Assembly: GCA_965248575.1 (NCBI GenBank)
Contig: CBDFJQ010000002.1
Span: forward strand, 3,584,001-3,648,000
Origin: Planctomycetota bacterium
GTDB taxonomy: Bacteria; Planctomycetota; B15-G4
Direction: 5' to 3'
DNA: 64,000 bases
The position numbers were made by a program, and so were the translations under genes. Shown here in pieces: positions 45,723-55,413 of this stretch. The notes under the pieces are model-generated. The model saw nothing but the letters and a program-made list of their open reading frames with translations. It ran no database searches and was not told where the DNA came from. Positions within the stretch are counted from its first letter, which is position 1. The number at the start of each line of letters is the position of its first letter.

Positions 45723-48461
45723 ATGAATAACGTGAAGACGAAGGCAGAGCGGCCGGGCTTGAAGACCCGCGCCATGAACTGGATCGCCCGGGCAGCGATT
45801 GTTGTGGTGACGTTTGGCGTCATCGCGACCTCTGCTGATGCGGCGGTGGGCAAGATCGGCAAGCTTCAGAAGAAGCTCAACAAGACTGAAGCCAGCATCA
45901 CGGCCAAGGAAGCCTTGGTGGATGCGGCCGAGCTCCAGCTTCCCTTGGAGGAAGCGAACTTGGTCCAGGCCCAGCTTGATCTCGTGGCGGCGCAGGGATT
46001 GCCGCAGACCACGAAGGCCGAGAAGAAGGTCGCGAAGAAGGCCACCAAGGCTGCGAACAAGGCTGCGAAGCGCGCTGTGAAGCGCATCAGCAAGCTGACG
46101 CAGAAGGTCGCGAAGCTTCAGAACCAGATCGCAAACAAGATCGCGTTGGTCGCGGCCATCGAGCTCAAGCTCGATGAGCTCACCATTGGTGGATTGCCCC
46201 TTCCGGGCGCTCTTGGCACGCCTGGCCTGGAGCTCCCCGAGCAGGTGGCCATGTTCACCGCTTCGATCGAGGACGACGAAGACGACGGTCAGCCCGAAGT
46301 GATGAAGAAGGGCGGCGCCCTGCCGGCCGAGTTCGGTCTTCCGAGCGATTCCGACTTCCACACCGATGAGACGCACACCTTCGTGTACGACCCGTCCATG
46401 GAGAGCCTGGATTCGGTCAACAACATCCTGTGCCTGATCCGCCAGACGGCCTTCGAGGCCCTGGTGAACGAGGGTGCCTACGTGGCCCAGATCGATCCCA
46501 ACCTGTGCAACGCCGGCGGTTCCGCCGACGGTCAGGAAGGCGACGTGCAGGCCGTGGAGCTGTGGACCGTCAACAGCGTGCGCAAGGACGAGGAGGCACA
46601 GCATGTCATCGGTGTCTGGGTTCCCCAGATGGACGACGACGGCCCGGCCGCCACGATCCATGCCCGCATGGTGATCCTCGAGGAGCCCAGCGAAGAGAAC
46701 CCCTTCGGTGTCTTCTCCCTGGACTTCGAAGGTCTCGCTGATGGCGATGCGAGCGGTGACCCGTTGTTCTGGGGCACCATCGAATCCTCCAACGCCCTGA
46801 GCGGTTTCACCGGCTTCTCGTTCTACGAGCAGAACGGTGTCGAAGGCACGAGCAACTTCAGTGAGCGTGCCGTGCACGTGAACATCGACGCCAACGGCGC
46901 CGGTGTTGCCCGTGTTGTCGAGAACGGCGACGAGGCCCAGTCCTACTTGCTCGCCTTCGATGACGACAACGTCCTTCGCCAGGAGGGTGTCGCGACTCCG
47001 GATTGCCTGAGCCGCAACACTTTCGAGACGAGCGTATGGAACTACAACCTCTATGAGGCTGAGGGTGTCAACGTCGGCGGTGCCGTGCAGCACAACGGCG
47101 GTTTTGGAATCGCCACCGAGGACGGCAACTACGGCTGGATCGGCTACAACGGTCTGTGGCTGTCAGAGGACTCGCAGGTGGTCACCGGCGACAACGTCGT
47201 CAAGAACACCTTCGACGCCGGCGACAACCCCGAGACCTACACGGTCCTCAACGCCCCCGGCCGTTTGCTCCGCTACACGCAGAACAAGTTGGCCTTGTCC
47301 AGCATCGATGGTGCCCAGTTCGAGTACTGGGAGATCAGCGACACCACGCCCGGCTCCGGCCAGGGCACGCCCCCGGCTTCGAGCTTCGGCCCGAACCTCG
47401 ATCTGCCCACCACGAAGTACATCGTGGAGTACGATCACAACTCTGGCGAGTTCCGGAAGATCGGTTCCTTCAACGGTGACGAGAGCGTCACGCTGCTGAA
47501 CCCGGCCTTGGCGATCGACGTCGAGACCCTGGGTTACCTGGACATGTGGTCCGCTGGCCTCGGTGGCTCGGTCGCTTACGTCTACGGTGATGTGGATGTG
47601 ACCTTCTTCGGCGAAGAGATCGTCAGCGGCAACGACCCGGTCTTCGGCCAGGACGGTTCGCTGGACCTCTTCGGTTTCGTGGATGCGCTGTCTTCCGGCA
47701 TCAACAGCCAGCAGGCTGAGCTGGGCACGGTCTTCCTGAACAACTCCATGGACGTCGAGGCGCCCTACGAGTTCACGTTCGAGAAGGACGACCTGACCCT
47801 CTACCACGACGTGAATGGCAACGGTGTCATGCTCAACGTGGTGGGTCTGGCCAATGGCGTGACCTACGACAGTGGCCCCTTCGCTGACGGCATGCGCAGC
47901 GGCCCCATGGTCACGGACACGGGCGACCTGTCCAACGTGTTCGACGCCTGGAACCAGCCCAGCTTCTACGTCTACGAGACGGGACCCAACGACTGGAACA
48001 AGTTCTCGACGCTCATCGATAGCCAGGGCGACTACCTGGACTTCGAGCCGCCTGTGCAGTTCACCTACACGCACAGCACGGCGAACGACAAGAACGGTTC
48101 CTCCGAGCACGACGGCCAGACCTTCCAGTTGCAGTTCTACGGTCAGGGCGAGTTGCAGGGCATCCCCCACGAAGCCGTCGATCTCAACGGTGACGGTGAG
48201 TTCGATCGTTGGTACCCCATCTTCGACATCGCCGATGGCACGGTCATCGGGCCCCAGGGCAACGAGTTCCTGGTGCGCGGTATCGAGATGGAGCAGCGTC
48301 TGGCGGCCGACAACGGCGCCTGCACGGGGCTCAACCCCAACGACGCCTTGATCCTGACCACGCCTGACGGCAGCTCCTTCGAGCAGCCGAACATCGGTGA
48401 CAAGCCTGTCGTGACCGGCCCCCCGGCCGTGATCGCCGGTGAGGTGCAGGGCGACGACTAA
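45723..48461 (+). CDS. Large secreted hypothetical protein (signal peptide, Lys/Ala-rich coiled coil, acidic beta-rich body)
   Basis: Long ORF with strong GC3 bias, signal peptide ending in ADA, and its own terminator. Start may be 45717, 45723 or 45774. Confidence 0.85.
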   Translation: MNNVKTKAERPGLKTRAMNWIARAAIVVVTFGVIATSADAAVGKIGKLQKKLNKTEASITAKEALVDAAELQLPLEEANLVQAQLDLVAAQGLPQTTKAEKKVAKKATKAANKAAKRAVKRISKLTQKVAKLQNQIANKIALVAAIELKLDELTIGGLPLPGALGTPGLELPEQVAMFTASIEDDEDDGQPEVMKKGGALPAEFGLPSDSDFHTDETHTFVYDPSMESLDSVNNILCLIRQTAFEALVNEGAYVAQIDPNLCNAGGSADGQEGDVQAVELWTVNSVRKDEEAQHVIGVWVPQMDDDGPAATIHARMVILEEPSEENPFGVFSLDFEGLADGDASGDPLFWGTIESSNALSGFTGFSFYEQNGVEGTSNFSERAVHVNIDANGAGVARVVENGDEAQSYLLAFDDDNVLRQEGVATPDCLSRNTFETSVWNYNLYEAEGVNVGGAVQHNGGFGIATEDGNYGWIGYNGLWLSEDSQVVTGDNVVKNTFDAGDNPETYTVLNAPGRLLRYTQNKLALSSIDGAQFEYWEISDTTPGSGQGTPPASSFGPNLDLPTTKYIVEYDHNSGEFRKIGSFNGDESVTLLNPALAIDVETLGYLDMWSAGLGGSVAYVYGDVDVTFFGEEIVSGNDPVFGQDGSLDLFGFVDALSSGINSQQAELGTVFLNNSMDVEAPYEFTFEKDDLTLYHDVNGNGVMLNVVGLANGVTYDSGPFADGMRSGPMVTDTGDLSNVFDAWNQPSFYVYETGPNDWNKFSTLIDSQGDYLDFEPPVQFTYTHSTANDKNGSSEHDGQTFQLQFYGQGELQGIPHEAVDLNGDGEFDRWYPIFDIADGTVIGPQGNEFLVRGIEMEQRLAADNGACTGLNPNDALILTTPDGSSFEQPNIGDKPVVTGPPAVIAGEVQGDD

Positions 48462-48498
48462 GGCCTCTTCCAGCTGACCAGCGGTCAGCTAGCAGAGT

Positions 48499-48549
48499 GA
48501 GCAGGCCCCCGGACCCGGGGAAACTCGGGTTCGGGGGCTTGTTTCGTTT
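48499..48549 (+). terminator. Rho-independent terminator
   Basis: About 21-bp hairpin GAGCAGGCCCCCGGACCCGGG-GAAA-CTCGGGTTCGGGGGCTTGTTT with G-U pairs and T-rich tail; a second small hairpin AGCTGACC/GGTCAGCT lies at 48472-48490. Confidence 0.8.
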
Positions 48550-48564
48550 GGCAGGAACGCCGCC

Positions 48565-49287
48565 CTAGGAGCCGAGGCGCGCGGCGAGCCGGCGCAGCAG
48601 CTCGGCACCATCCCCGCGCCAACAGGCGCCGTGCATGCAGGCCAAGAGCTCGGGCTGGGTGCGGGCCAGCTTCTCCAGCTGGTCGCCCGTATCGCGGCCG
48701 TGGGCGAAGTAATCGAAGCGCGCGCGCATGGCCTCGCTCGCCTCCAGCGGATCGTGTTCGCTGAGGGGCTCATGCTGGTCGCCGGACTGCGTGAACAGGT
48801 CCCCGCAGAACAGCGTGCGTGTCGTCGTCTCGAACAGGTGCCCGCACTCCCAACCGTGGGGCACATGGGGTGTCGCCAACCAGCGCACCGTGTGCTTGCC
48901 GAGGCAGAGCTCTTCGCCATCGATCAGCCCCCGGGCGGGGCGGTCAGCCACGTCGTCGGCCGAGAGGTCGCGCATGAGCACGCCGCACAGTGGCTCGGCT
49001 TGCGGTGCCTCCGCCAAGAACTCGTTCAGGCTGCCGCACTCATCCGCCTCCCAGTGGGAGAAGGAGATCCAGCGCAGCCGTTCGAGGGGCATGACGGAGG
49101 CCACAGCCTCCCGCACCAGGGGGAACATGCGCCGCAGCCCGGTGTGGTAGAGCAACGGCTGCTCGTCGTCGATGAGGAACTGGTTGTAGGTGAAGCCGTC
49201 GGGGATGACATCGGCAGGAACCGGCGTGCTGATGCGGTAGATGCCGTCTGCGATCTCGTCGACGCGCGTACCGGATGCCGGGTTCAT
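48565..49287 (-). CDS. Stand-alone metallo-beta-lactamase-fold di-iron protein (flavodiiron/ODP-like, no flavodoxin domain)
   Basis: SHWEADECG (HxExD), PHVPHGW, LFCGDLF, ACMHG; start ATG 49287. Confidence 0.82.
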   Translation of the reverse strand: MNPASGTRVDEIADGIYRISTPVPADVIPDGFTYNQFLIDDEQPLLYHTGLRRMFPLVREAVASVMPLERLRWISFSHWEADECGSLNEFLAEAPQAEPLCGVLMRDLSADDVADRPARGLIDGEELCLGKHTVRWLATPHVPHGWECGHLFETTTRTLFCGDLFTQSGDQHEPLSEHDPLEASEAMRARFDYFAHGRDTGDQLEKLARTQPELLACMHGACWRGDGAELLRRLAARLGS

Positions 49288-49351
49288 GGTCTGCTGCCTC
49301 TGTCTTGGGGGCCCGGCTGCCCGTGACTCGAGGGACTCGAGAGCGCGAAGC

Positions 49352-50983
49352 CTAGAGCGGAACCGCACCACCGTAGGCCACGCCGCTGAGGTAGGCCATG
49401 TCGCGCTTCCAGGTGGTGAGGTCGTCGTGCGAGAACTCGGACAGGTGGCTGTGCCCGCAGGCCCGGGCCATGACCACCATGAGATCGGTCGCGGCGCGGA
49501 AGAAGCGCTCCAGGCGCAGCGCGCCCTTCTCGATCTCGAGTCGCTTGCGCAGGTGCTCCTTCTGGGTCGCGATGCCGACGGGGCAGTTGTTGGTGTTGCA
49601 GGCCCGCATGCCGATGCAGCCAATGGCTTGCAGGGCGGCGTTGCTGAGGGCGACGGCGTCGGCGCCCAGAGCCAGGGCCTTGGCGAAGTCGGCGGGGGTG
49701 CGCAGGCCGCCCGTGATCACCAAGGTGATGTCGCTACGCCCTTGGGCGTCGAGGTGCCGGCGCGCCCGGGCCAGGGCCGGGACGGTGGGCACGGAGATGT
49801 TGTCCTTGAACAGGTTTGGTGCTGCACCTGTGCCGCCGCCTCGGCCGTCCAGGATCACGTAGTCGACGCCGATGCGCAGCGCGGCGTCGAGGTCCTTCTC
49901 CACATGCTGCGCCGAGAGCTTGAAGCCGATGGGGATGCCGCCCGTGAGTTGGCGCACATGGTCGGCGAAAGTGCGGTAGTCCTCCTCACTCGTCCAGTCC
50001 GGGAAGCGGGCTGGGGAGATGGCCGACTGGCCTTCGGGTAGGCCGCGCACGCTCGCGATCTTGCCCTTGACCTTGGCCCCCGGCAGGTGGCCACCGGTGC
50101 CGGTCTTGGCGCCCTGGCCTCCTTTGAAGTGGAAGGCCTGGACACGCTTCAACAGCTCGTCCTTGAAACCGAAGCGGGCCGACGCCAGCTCGTAGAAGTA
50201 GCGGCTGTTCTCCGCCTGCTCCTCAGGGAGCATGCCCCCTTCGCCGGAGCAGATGCCGGTGCCCGCCTTCTCGGCGCCCCGTGCCAGGGAGACCTTGGCT
50301 TCTTCCGACAGGGCGCCGTAGCTCATGTCCGACACGAAGAGCGGCAGCGCGAGCCGCAGGGGCTTCTTGGCGTTGGGACCGATGACGACGTCGGTGCCCA
50401 CCGGATGGTCGTCCAGGTGCGGGAAGCGCTGGAGCTGTGCCGTCACGAACTGGATGTCGTCCCAGCTGGGGACTTCCTGGCGGGGAACGCCCATGGCCGA
50501 TGCCGGGCCGTGGTGGCCCGAGCGCTCCAGGCCGTGCTTGGCCAGCTCCTGGATCAGGGCCACATGCGGTTCTTCGATGGCGGGGTGCGTGTCTGCGTAA
50601 TCGCCCAGGTAGGCCTTGCGCGCGAACGGCTGTGGGTTGGCGTCGTGCCAGCTGGCGATCTCGTCGCCATCCACCCAGACCTGGCCGTCCTCCACCCAGG
50701 CGTTGAACTTCTGCAGCTGTTCTTCGTTGTTGTATTCGCTGATGCCGCTGTCGACGCGGAAGTCCCAGTTGTGCACGCCGCAAACGATGTTGTCACCGCG
50801 CACATCGCCGTCAGCCAGGAGGGCCCCGCGATGGGGGCAGCGGCCATAGAGCACGGACACCTCGTCGCCCAAGCGCACGACCACGAGATCGACGTTGGCC
50901 ACCTGTGCGTGCTGCGGCAAACGATCTTCCAACTGATCCCACTGGGCGATGGCGACCTGCGACGAGTCTTGAACGGTGCTCAT
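49352..50983 (-). CDS. Rieske [2Fe-2S] domain fused to FMN-binding glutamate-synthase-like domain
   Basis: CPHR...CGVH Rieske ligands; SDMSYGALS, SGEGG, GQGAKTGTGGHLPG.K, DGRGGGTGA, TGGLR, CIGMRACNTNNCPVG cluster motif. Confidence 0.9.
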   Translation of the reverse strand: MSTVQDSSQVAIAQWDQLEDRLPQHAQVANVDLVVVRLGDEVSVLYGRCPHRGALLADGDVRGDNIVCGVHNWDFRVDSGISEYNNEEQLQKFNAWVEDGQVWVDGDEIASWHDANPQPFARKAYLGDYADTHPAIEEPHVALIQELAKHGLERSGHHGPASAMGVPRQEVPSWDDIQFVTAQLQRFPHLDDHPVGTDVVIGPNAKKPLRLALPLFVSDMSYGALSEEAKVSLARGAEKAGTGICSGEGGMLPEEQAENSRYFYELASARFGFKDELLKRVQAFHFKGGQGAKTGTGGHLPGAKVKGKIASVRGLPEGQSAISPARFPDWTSEEDYRTFADHVRQLTGGIPIGFKLSAQHVEKDLDAALRIGVDYVILDGRGGGTGAAPNLFKDNISVPTVPALARARRHLDAQGRSDITLVITGGLRTPADFAKALALGADAVALSNAALQAIGCIGMRACNTNNCPVGIATQKEHLRKRLEIEKGALRLERFFRAATDLMVVMARACGHSHLSEFSHDDLTTWKRDMAYLSGVAYGGAVPL

Positions 50984-51981
50984 GACCTGATCTGCTCCAA
51001 CAGGCTTCGCGCCGCAGGAACCGCGGCCTCGAGGAAGGTGCGTAGGCAGTCGGCCGCGTCGCCGACCGGCGCGCGGATTGGGACCGATGAAGACGCGGGG
51101 CTGTCTGATTCCGCTGCAGCGGGCGTCTCGCTGGGCGTGGTTGGTGCGGCCGCCGTGAGCAGCTCGTCGGCGAGCAGCACCGCACCGGTCCAGCCCTCCG
51201 TGTGCCAGTGGCCCAGGGGCAGGTCGGGCAGCGCGGCGTCGCTCGCGGGCGCAGGCCAGGGTGTCACGTAGAAGTAGGGTTGCTCGATGCCCTCGTCCCC
51301 GGGAGAGAAGCCGACACCCACGGAGCTGTCCTCCGCGGAGCCGGAGGGTGCCAGTACCGGTACCGGCACCAGGGTGGCGAGGTCGAAGTGGTGGGGCCAG
51401 CAGCGCAAGGGCGACGCGTCGGCTTGGGCCTGTCGGACTTGGTCCAGGGCGGCGTGTGCCAAGGAGTACCAGTGGGCCAGTTCGGCAGGGGTTCCCGGGG
51501 CGACATCGTTGGGTTCGAAGTAGCGGCTTCCGTCAGCCACCGGATGAGGCGGGAGCTCGTAGGGCTTGTCCAACTGGTAACGCGCCGCGCTCAGGTCGCG
51601 CAAGGCAAGCTGGGCACGCAACCATCCGGCCATCTCGGTGCGCACGCGCCCGGTGATGGCCAGTTCGAAGAGGACGTTCTGATGCTCATCCAGAAGCAGC
51701 AGCATGGGGCGGTCCATACGCAGTCCGACATGCGGAGCCCTCTCGTGCGTTCCCAGTTGGCGGCTGACGAACGCATAGTGCTCGCTGTTCCAACTCAGGT
51801 TCGCGAGGGCGTCGTCCGGGAGTGGGCTGGCGAAGCTGCGGGCTGCGGCGGCCACGAGCTGCAAGGCCTGGTGCAACTGCTCTCGCGCCGGAGCGAGCGC
51901 TGCGGGCTGGAAGCTCCCGAGCTCCAAGTTGGCCACATGAGCCAAGACGGGATGCACAACGGGGCGGTTCGTGGGATGCAT
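50980..51981 (-). CDS. Hypothetical protein, DUF5996-like
   Basis: WPHHFDLA, GVGFSPGD, PYFYVTPWP, GHWH..GWTGAVL; ATGA overlap with the Rieske-GltS gene. Confidence 0.6.
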   Translation of the reverse strand: MHPTNRPVVHPVLAHVANLELGSFQPAALAPAREQLHQALQLVAAAARSFASPLPDDALANLSWNSEHYAFVSRQLGTHERAPHVGLRMDRPMLLLLDEHQNVLFELAITGRVRTEMAGWLRAQLALRDLSAARYQLDKPYELPPHPVADGSRYFEPNDVAPGTPAELAHWYSLAHAALDQVRQAQADASPLRCWPHHFDLATLVPVPVLAPSGSAEDSSVGVGFSPGDEGIEQPYFYVTPWPAPASDAALPDLPLGHWHTEGWTGAVLLADELLTAAAPTTPSETPAAAESDSPASSSVPIRAPVGDAADCLRTFLEAAVPAARSLLEQIRS

Positions 51982-52108
51982 GGGATCACGAGGGTCTGGG
52001 TGGGCTGGCCTTGGGCATTCACTATTCGGAGGGACCCGGTCGGCGCAGCATAACCAGGGGGGGGCCGACATCGGGCGATGGGACTTCCGCCCATGGTAGG
52101 GCGGTCTT

Positions 52109-53323
52109 CTAGACGGCCTGCAGTGGGGGGTAGCAGTTCTCCGAAGCTGCGGCGGCGCGAGCGACCGCGGCGGCTACGCGGCTGGCCACGGAACGGTCGA
52201 AGGCCTGGGGCAGGATCATTTCAGGTGTGGGGCGAGTCACGCTTCCGGCAATGGCGTCCACCGCAGCCCACTTCATGGCGCTGGTGAAGCACGAGGCGCG
52301 GGCATCGAGAGCTCCGCGGAACAGCCCAGGGAAGGCGAGTACGTTGTTGACCTGGTTGGGGTAGTCGCTGCGACCCGTACCGATGACGGCGGCGCCTGCA
52401 CGAAGAGCCGCCTCAGGATTCACCTCGGGCTGCGGGTTGGCCATGGCCAGGACAATGGGGCCGGGGGCCATGCTGCGCACGTCGTCTTCACTCACGATGT
52501 CGCCGCGGCTGACGCCGATGAAGACATCTGCGCCGCGCAGGGCATCGGAGAGGCTGCCCGTCCTGCCCTCGGGGTTGGTCAGCTGGGCCAGCTCTTCCTT
52601 GATGGGGTCGGGCTGGCCGCCTGGCTTTGAGGCGCTGCCGGGGGCGAGGATGCCGCGGCTGTCACAGACGCTGATGCGCCTCACGGGAATGCAGCGGTCG
52701 TCTGCATCGCTGCAGGTCAGAAGGCGGGTGATCGCGCGCCCCGCGGCACCGGCGCCAGCGATGACGACGTGCAGCTCCCCCAGATTCCGGCCCAGGGCTT
52801 CGCAGGCGTTGGTGAGCGCGGCGAGCAACACGATTGCCGTGCCATGTTGGTCGTCGTGCAGGACGGGGATGCCGATGTCCTGTAGGCGATCCTCGATCTC
52901 GAAGCAGCGGGGTGCCGAGATGTCTTCGAGATTGATGCCGCCATAACTCGGCGCGATGGCGCGCACGATGTCCACGATGCGATCAGGGTCCCGCTCGTCG
53001 AGCACGACGGGCACCGCGTCCACGCCAGCAAACTCCTTGAAGAGCGCGGCCTTGCCTTCCATGACAGGCAGCGCCGCGAGCGGCCCTAGATCGCCCAGGC
53101 CCAGGATGGCCGAGCCGTCCGAGACCACGGCCACCGTCCTGCCCTTCCAGGTCAGGTCCCAGGCCGCACCCGGGTTCTCGGCAATGGCTTCGCAGGGGCG
53201 GGCGACGCCCGGTGTGTAGGCCAGGCTCAGGTCCTCCGCGTTGTCGAGACGCATGAGGGACGTGATGCCAATCTTGCCGCGGCTGGCCGCATGCTTGGCG
53301 AGAGATCGTTCGTAGATGTCCAC
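52109..53323 (-). CDS. NAD(P)-dependent malic enzyme (short form)
   Basis: [54 protein letters not shown]. Confidence 0.95.
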   Translation of the reverse strand: MDIYERSLAKHAASRGKIGITSLMRLDNAEDLSLAYTPGVARPCEAIAENPGAAWDLTWKGRTVAVVSDGSAILGLGDLGPLAALPVMEGKAALFKEFAGVDAVPVVLDERDPDRIVDIVRAIAPSYGGINLEDISAPRCFEIEDRLQDIGIPVLHDDQHGTAIVLLAALTNACEALGRNLGELHVVIAGAGAAGRAITRLLTCSDADDRCIPVRRISVCDSRGILAPGSASKPGGQPDPIKEELAQLTNPEGRTGSLSDALRGADVFIGVSRGDIVSEDDVRSMAPGPIVLAMANPQPEVNPEAALRAGAAVIGTGRSDYPNQVNNVLAFPGLFRGALDARASCFTSAMKWAAVDAIAGSVTRPTPEMILPQAFDRSVASRVAAAVARAAAASENCYPPLQAV

Positions 53324-53428
53324 GGCAGCCCGTCCTCCTGGAGTCCTGCGTGTTCCGTTCCCGCCCTTCGTACCAGGCGGGTCTGATGCCCCTGAGTGCC
53401 CGAGGTTTCAGCAGTGTGTTCGGGAGGC

Positions 53429-54466
53429 CTACTCCTCGCTGAGGAGCTTCAGCAGTTCGGCGGCAAACAGCTCGCTGAAGCGCGATGCGCCGGCGCGGTC
53501 CAAGTGGCGGGCGTCGATGCGCGCAGCCACGGCATAGAGGTCCGGGTAGGCGTCGGGGTCGTTGAAGGCGAGCAGCGGTGGGCAGTCGCCCCGCTTGGCG
53601 AGTTCGAAGGCGAGTGGGCGCGGGAGTGTGTCGGGAGGGATCACCCACAACGGTTGCGCCCCGGCTGCGCGAATGCGCTCAAACTGATCGAGATGCCCCT
53701 CGACGAAATAGTTGTCTAGCTGGAGGTCGAGCGCAGGCTTCCGTCGCAGCGCCGCCACGTTCTTCAGGTAGGACGTGGGCCTCTCCTGGAACAGTGCCTG
53801 CGCCTTGGCGACGCGGCCCGCGTACTTCTGAGCCAATCGAAAGCCCCCTTCGTTGGCGAGCTCCGTGAAGCTGAGCCGTTGAGGCTTGCCTAGATATTCG
53901 TTCATGAGGTCGGGCAGCTCACCGAAGTTGCCCCACCAGCGTGCGAACAGCCGCAGGTGGTGTGCAGCGCTGAACAGTCGGCTCCGGAGGCTAGCCTTCG
54001 AGGGCAGCGCAAGCACCTGCAGCGCCTTGGCCGTGATGTCGGGCCGATGCCAACGCACGACGCGCCGCGTCGAGGAGTCGCTTTCGGTTGCGGCTACCGT
54101 CCAGGGGGCGAACTCCAGCACGACCCAGCGCAGGTTCTTCGGCTTGAGGGCGAGGACGTCCTGCAAGAGGGCATCCATGGCAAAGGCGTCCATCCCGCCG
54201 GCACCGAGGTTGAAGCTCCTGAGATGGTGCCCGGCGTCTTCCAGCAAGGGGTCGATGACCCGCGGGCGGAAGGACAAGTCCGTGGTGCTGCTACCGATGA
54301 AGACGATGGCGTAGTCGTCACGGTGGTCTGCGAAGTACTGCAGCTTGTCGCGAATGAAGAACTTGTTGGGCCACGGGACGAGCGAGCGGATTCCCGCTGA
54401 TGTGAGGCTGAACGCGAGCAGTGCCAGCGCCAGCAGACCGAGGCCTTTTCTCACCTGAGCTTGCAT
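53429..54466 (-). CDS. Exported SGNH-hydrolase-like protein (DltD/AlgJ/DUF1574-like)
   Basis: Start ATG 54466; N-terminal TM; VFIGSS, SFNLG, C-terminal DARHL (DxxH). Confidence 0.6.
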   Translation of the reverse strand: MQAQVRKGLGLLALALLAFSLTSAGIRSLVPWPNKFFIRDKLQYFADHRDDYAIVFIGSSTTDLSFRPRVIDPLLEDAGHHLRSFNLGAGGMDAFAMDALLQDVLALKPKNLRWVVLEFAPWTVAATESDSSTRRVVRWHRPDITAKALQVLALPSKASLRSRLFSAAHHLRLFARWWGNFGELPDLMNEYLGKPQRLSFTELANEGGFRLAQKYAGRVAKAQALFQERPTSYLKNVAALRRKPALDLQLDNYFVEGHLDQFERIRAAGAQPLWVIPPDTLPRPLAFELAKRGDCPPLLAFNDPDAYPDLYAVAARIDARHLDRAGASRFSELFAAELLKLLSEE

Positions 54467-54531
54467 GGGCCCATCATACGGCCTGGGTCGAAAGCTCGCG
54501 GAGATCTGGCGCTGGTCTGCGTTCGCTTGCC

Positions 54532-55413
54532 CTAGCTCAGGCCCAGCTCCGCCAGCGCGTCCTTGAGCTGCTGCTCGTTGGGCGTGACGCCGTGCCAGCC
54601 GGGGACGTTCTCCATGAAGGAGACGCCTTTGCCGAGCAGCGTGTTGCAGACGATCATCTGCGGGCGGCCCTTGACGGTCTTGGCCTCTTCCAGCGCCTGG
54701 TGAATCGCCACGAGGTCGTGGCCGTCCACTTCCTGCACGTGCCAGCCGAAGCTCTTGTACTTCGCGCCGAGGTCGCCTTGGTCCATGACGTCCTTGGTGA
54801 AGCCGTCGATCTGGATGCCGTTGCGGTCCATCATCAAGGTCAGGTTGTCGACCTTGTAGTGCGCGGCGGCCGAAGCCATCTCCCACACCTGGCCCTCTTG
54901 GGACTCGCCGTCGGAGGTGCCGGCGTAGACCCGGAAGTCCTTGCCCTGCGCCCGGGCGCCCATGGCGATGCCCAGGCCCACGCTCAGGCCGTTGCCCAAG
55001 CTGCCGGTGCAGCAGTCCACGCCCTTGGTGAAGTGGAAGTCGGGGTGACCCTGGAGCGACGAACCCAACTTGCGCAGGGTCCAGAGGTCGTCGCGCGGGA
55101 AGTAGCCCTTGCGCGCGAGGATGGCGTAGAGGATCGGGCAGATGTGGCCGTTGCTCAGCACGAAGCGGTCGCGGTCTTCCCAGGTCGGGTTCTGCGGGTC
55201 GACGCCCATGTGCCCGCCGAACCACAGCGTGGTGAACACATCGGTCATGCCCAGGGAACCACCGGGATGACCGGAGCCAGCGAGTTGCAACATGCGCAGG
55301 ACGTCGCCGCGCAGCTCGTTGGCGATGGTGGCGAGTTCCTCGAAGTTGGGCGTGGAGTCAGGCGTCATGCCGGTGTCCAGGGTGCGCGTGGGGTTGGGTT
55401 CGGTGGTGGTCAT
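54532..55413 (-). CDS. Transketolase N-terminal (TPP-binding) subunit
   Basis: SGHPGGSL, DRFVLSNGH, LQGHP, TGSLGNGL, SDGESQEG, DRNGIQIDG; start ATG 55413. Confidence 0.94.
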   Translation of the reverse strand: MTTTEPNPTRTLDTGMTPDSTPNFEELATIANELRGDVLRMLQLAGSGHPGGSLGMTDVFTTLWFGGHMGVDPQNPTWEDRDRFVLSNGHICPILYAILARKGYFPRDDLWTLRKLGSSLQGHPDFHFTKGVDCCTGSLGNGLSVGLGIAMGARAQGKDFRVYAGTSDGESQEGQVWEMASAAAHYKVDNLTLMMDRNGIQIDGFTKDVMDQGDLGAKYKSFGWHVQEVDGHDLVAIHQALEEAKTVKGRPQMIVCNTLLGKGVSFMENVPGWHGVTPNEQQLKDALAELGLS

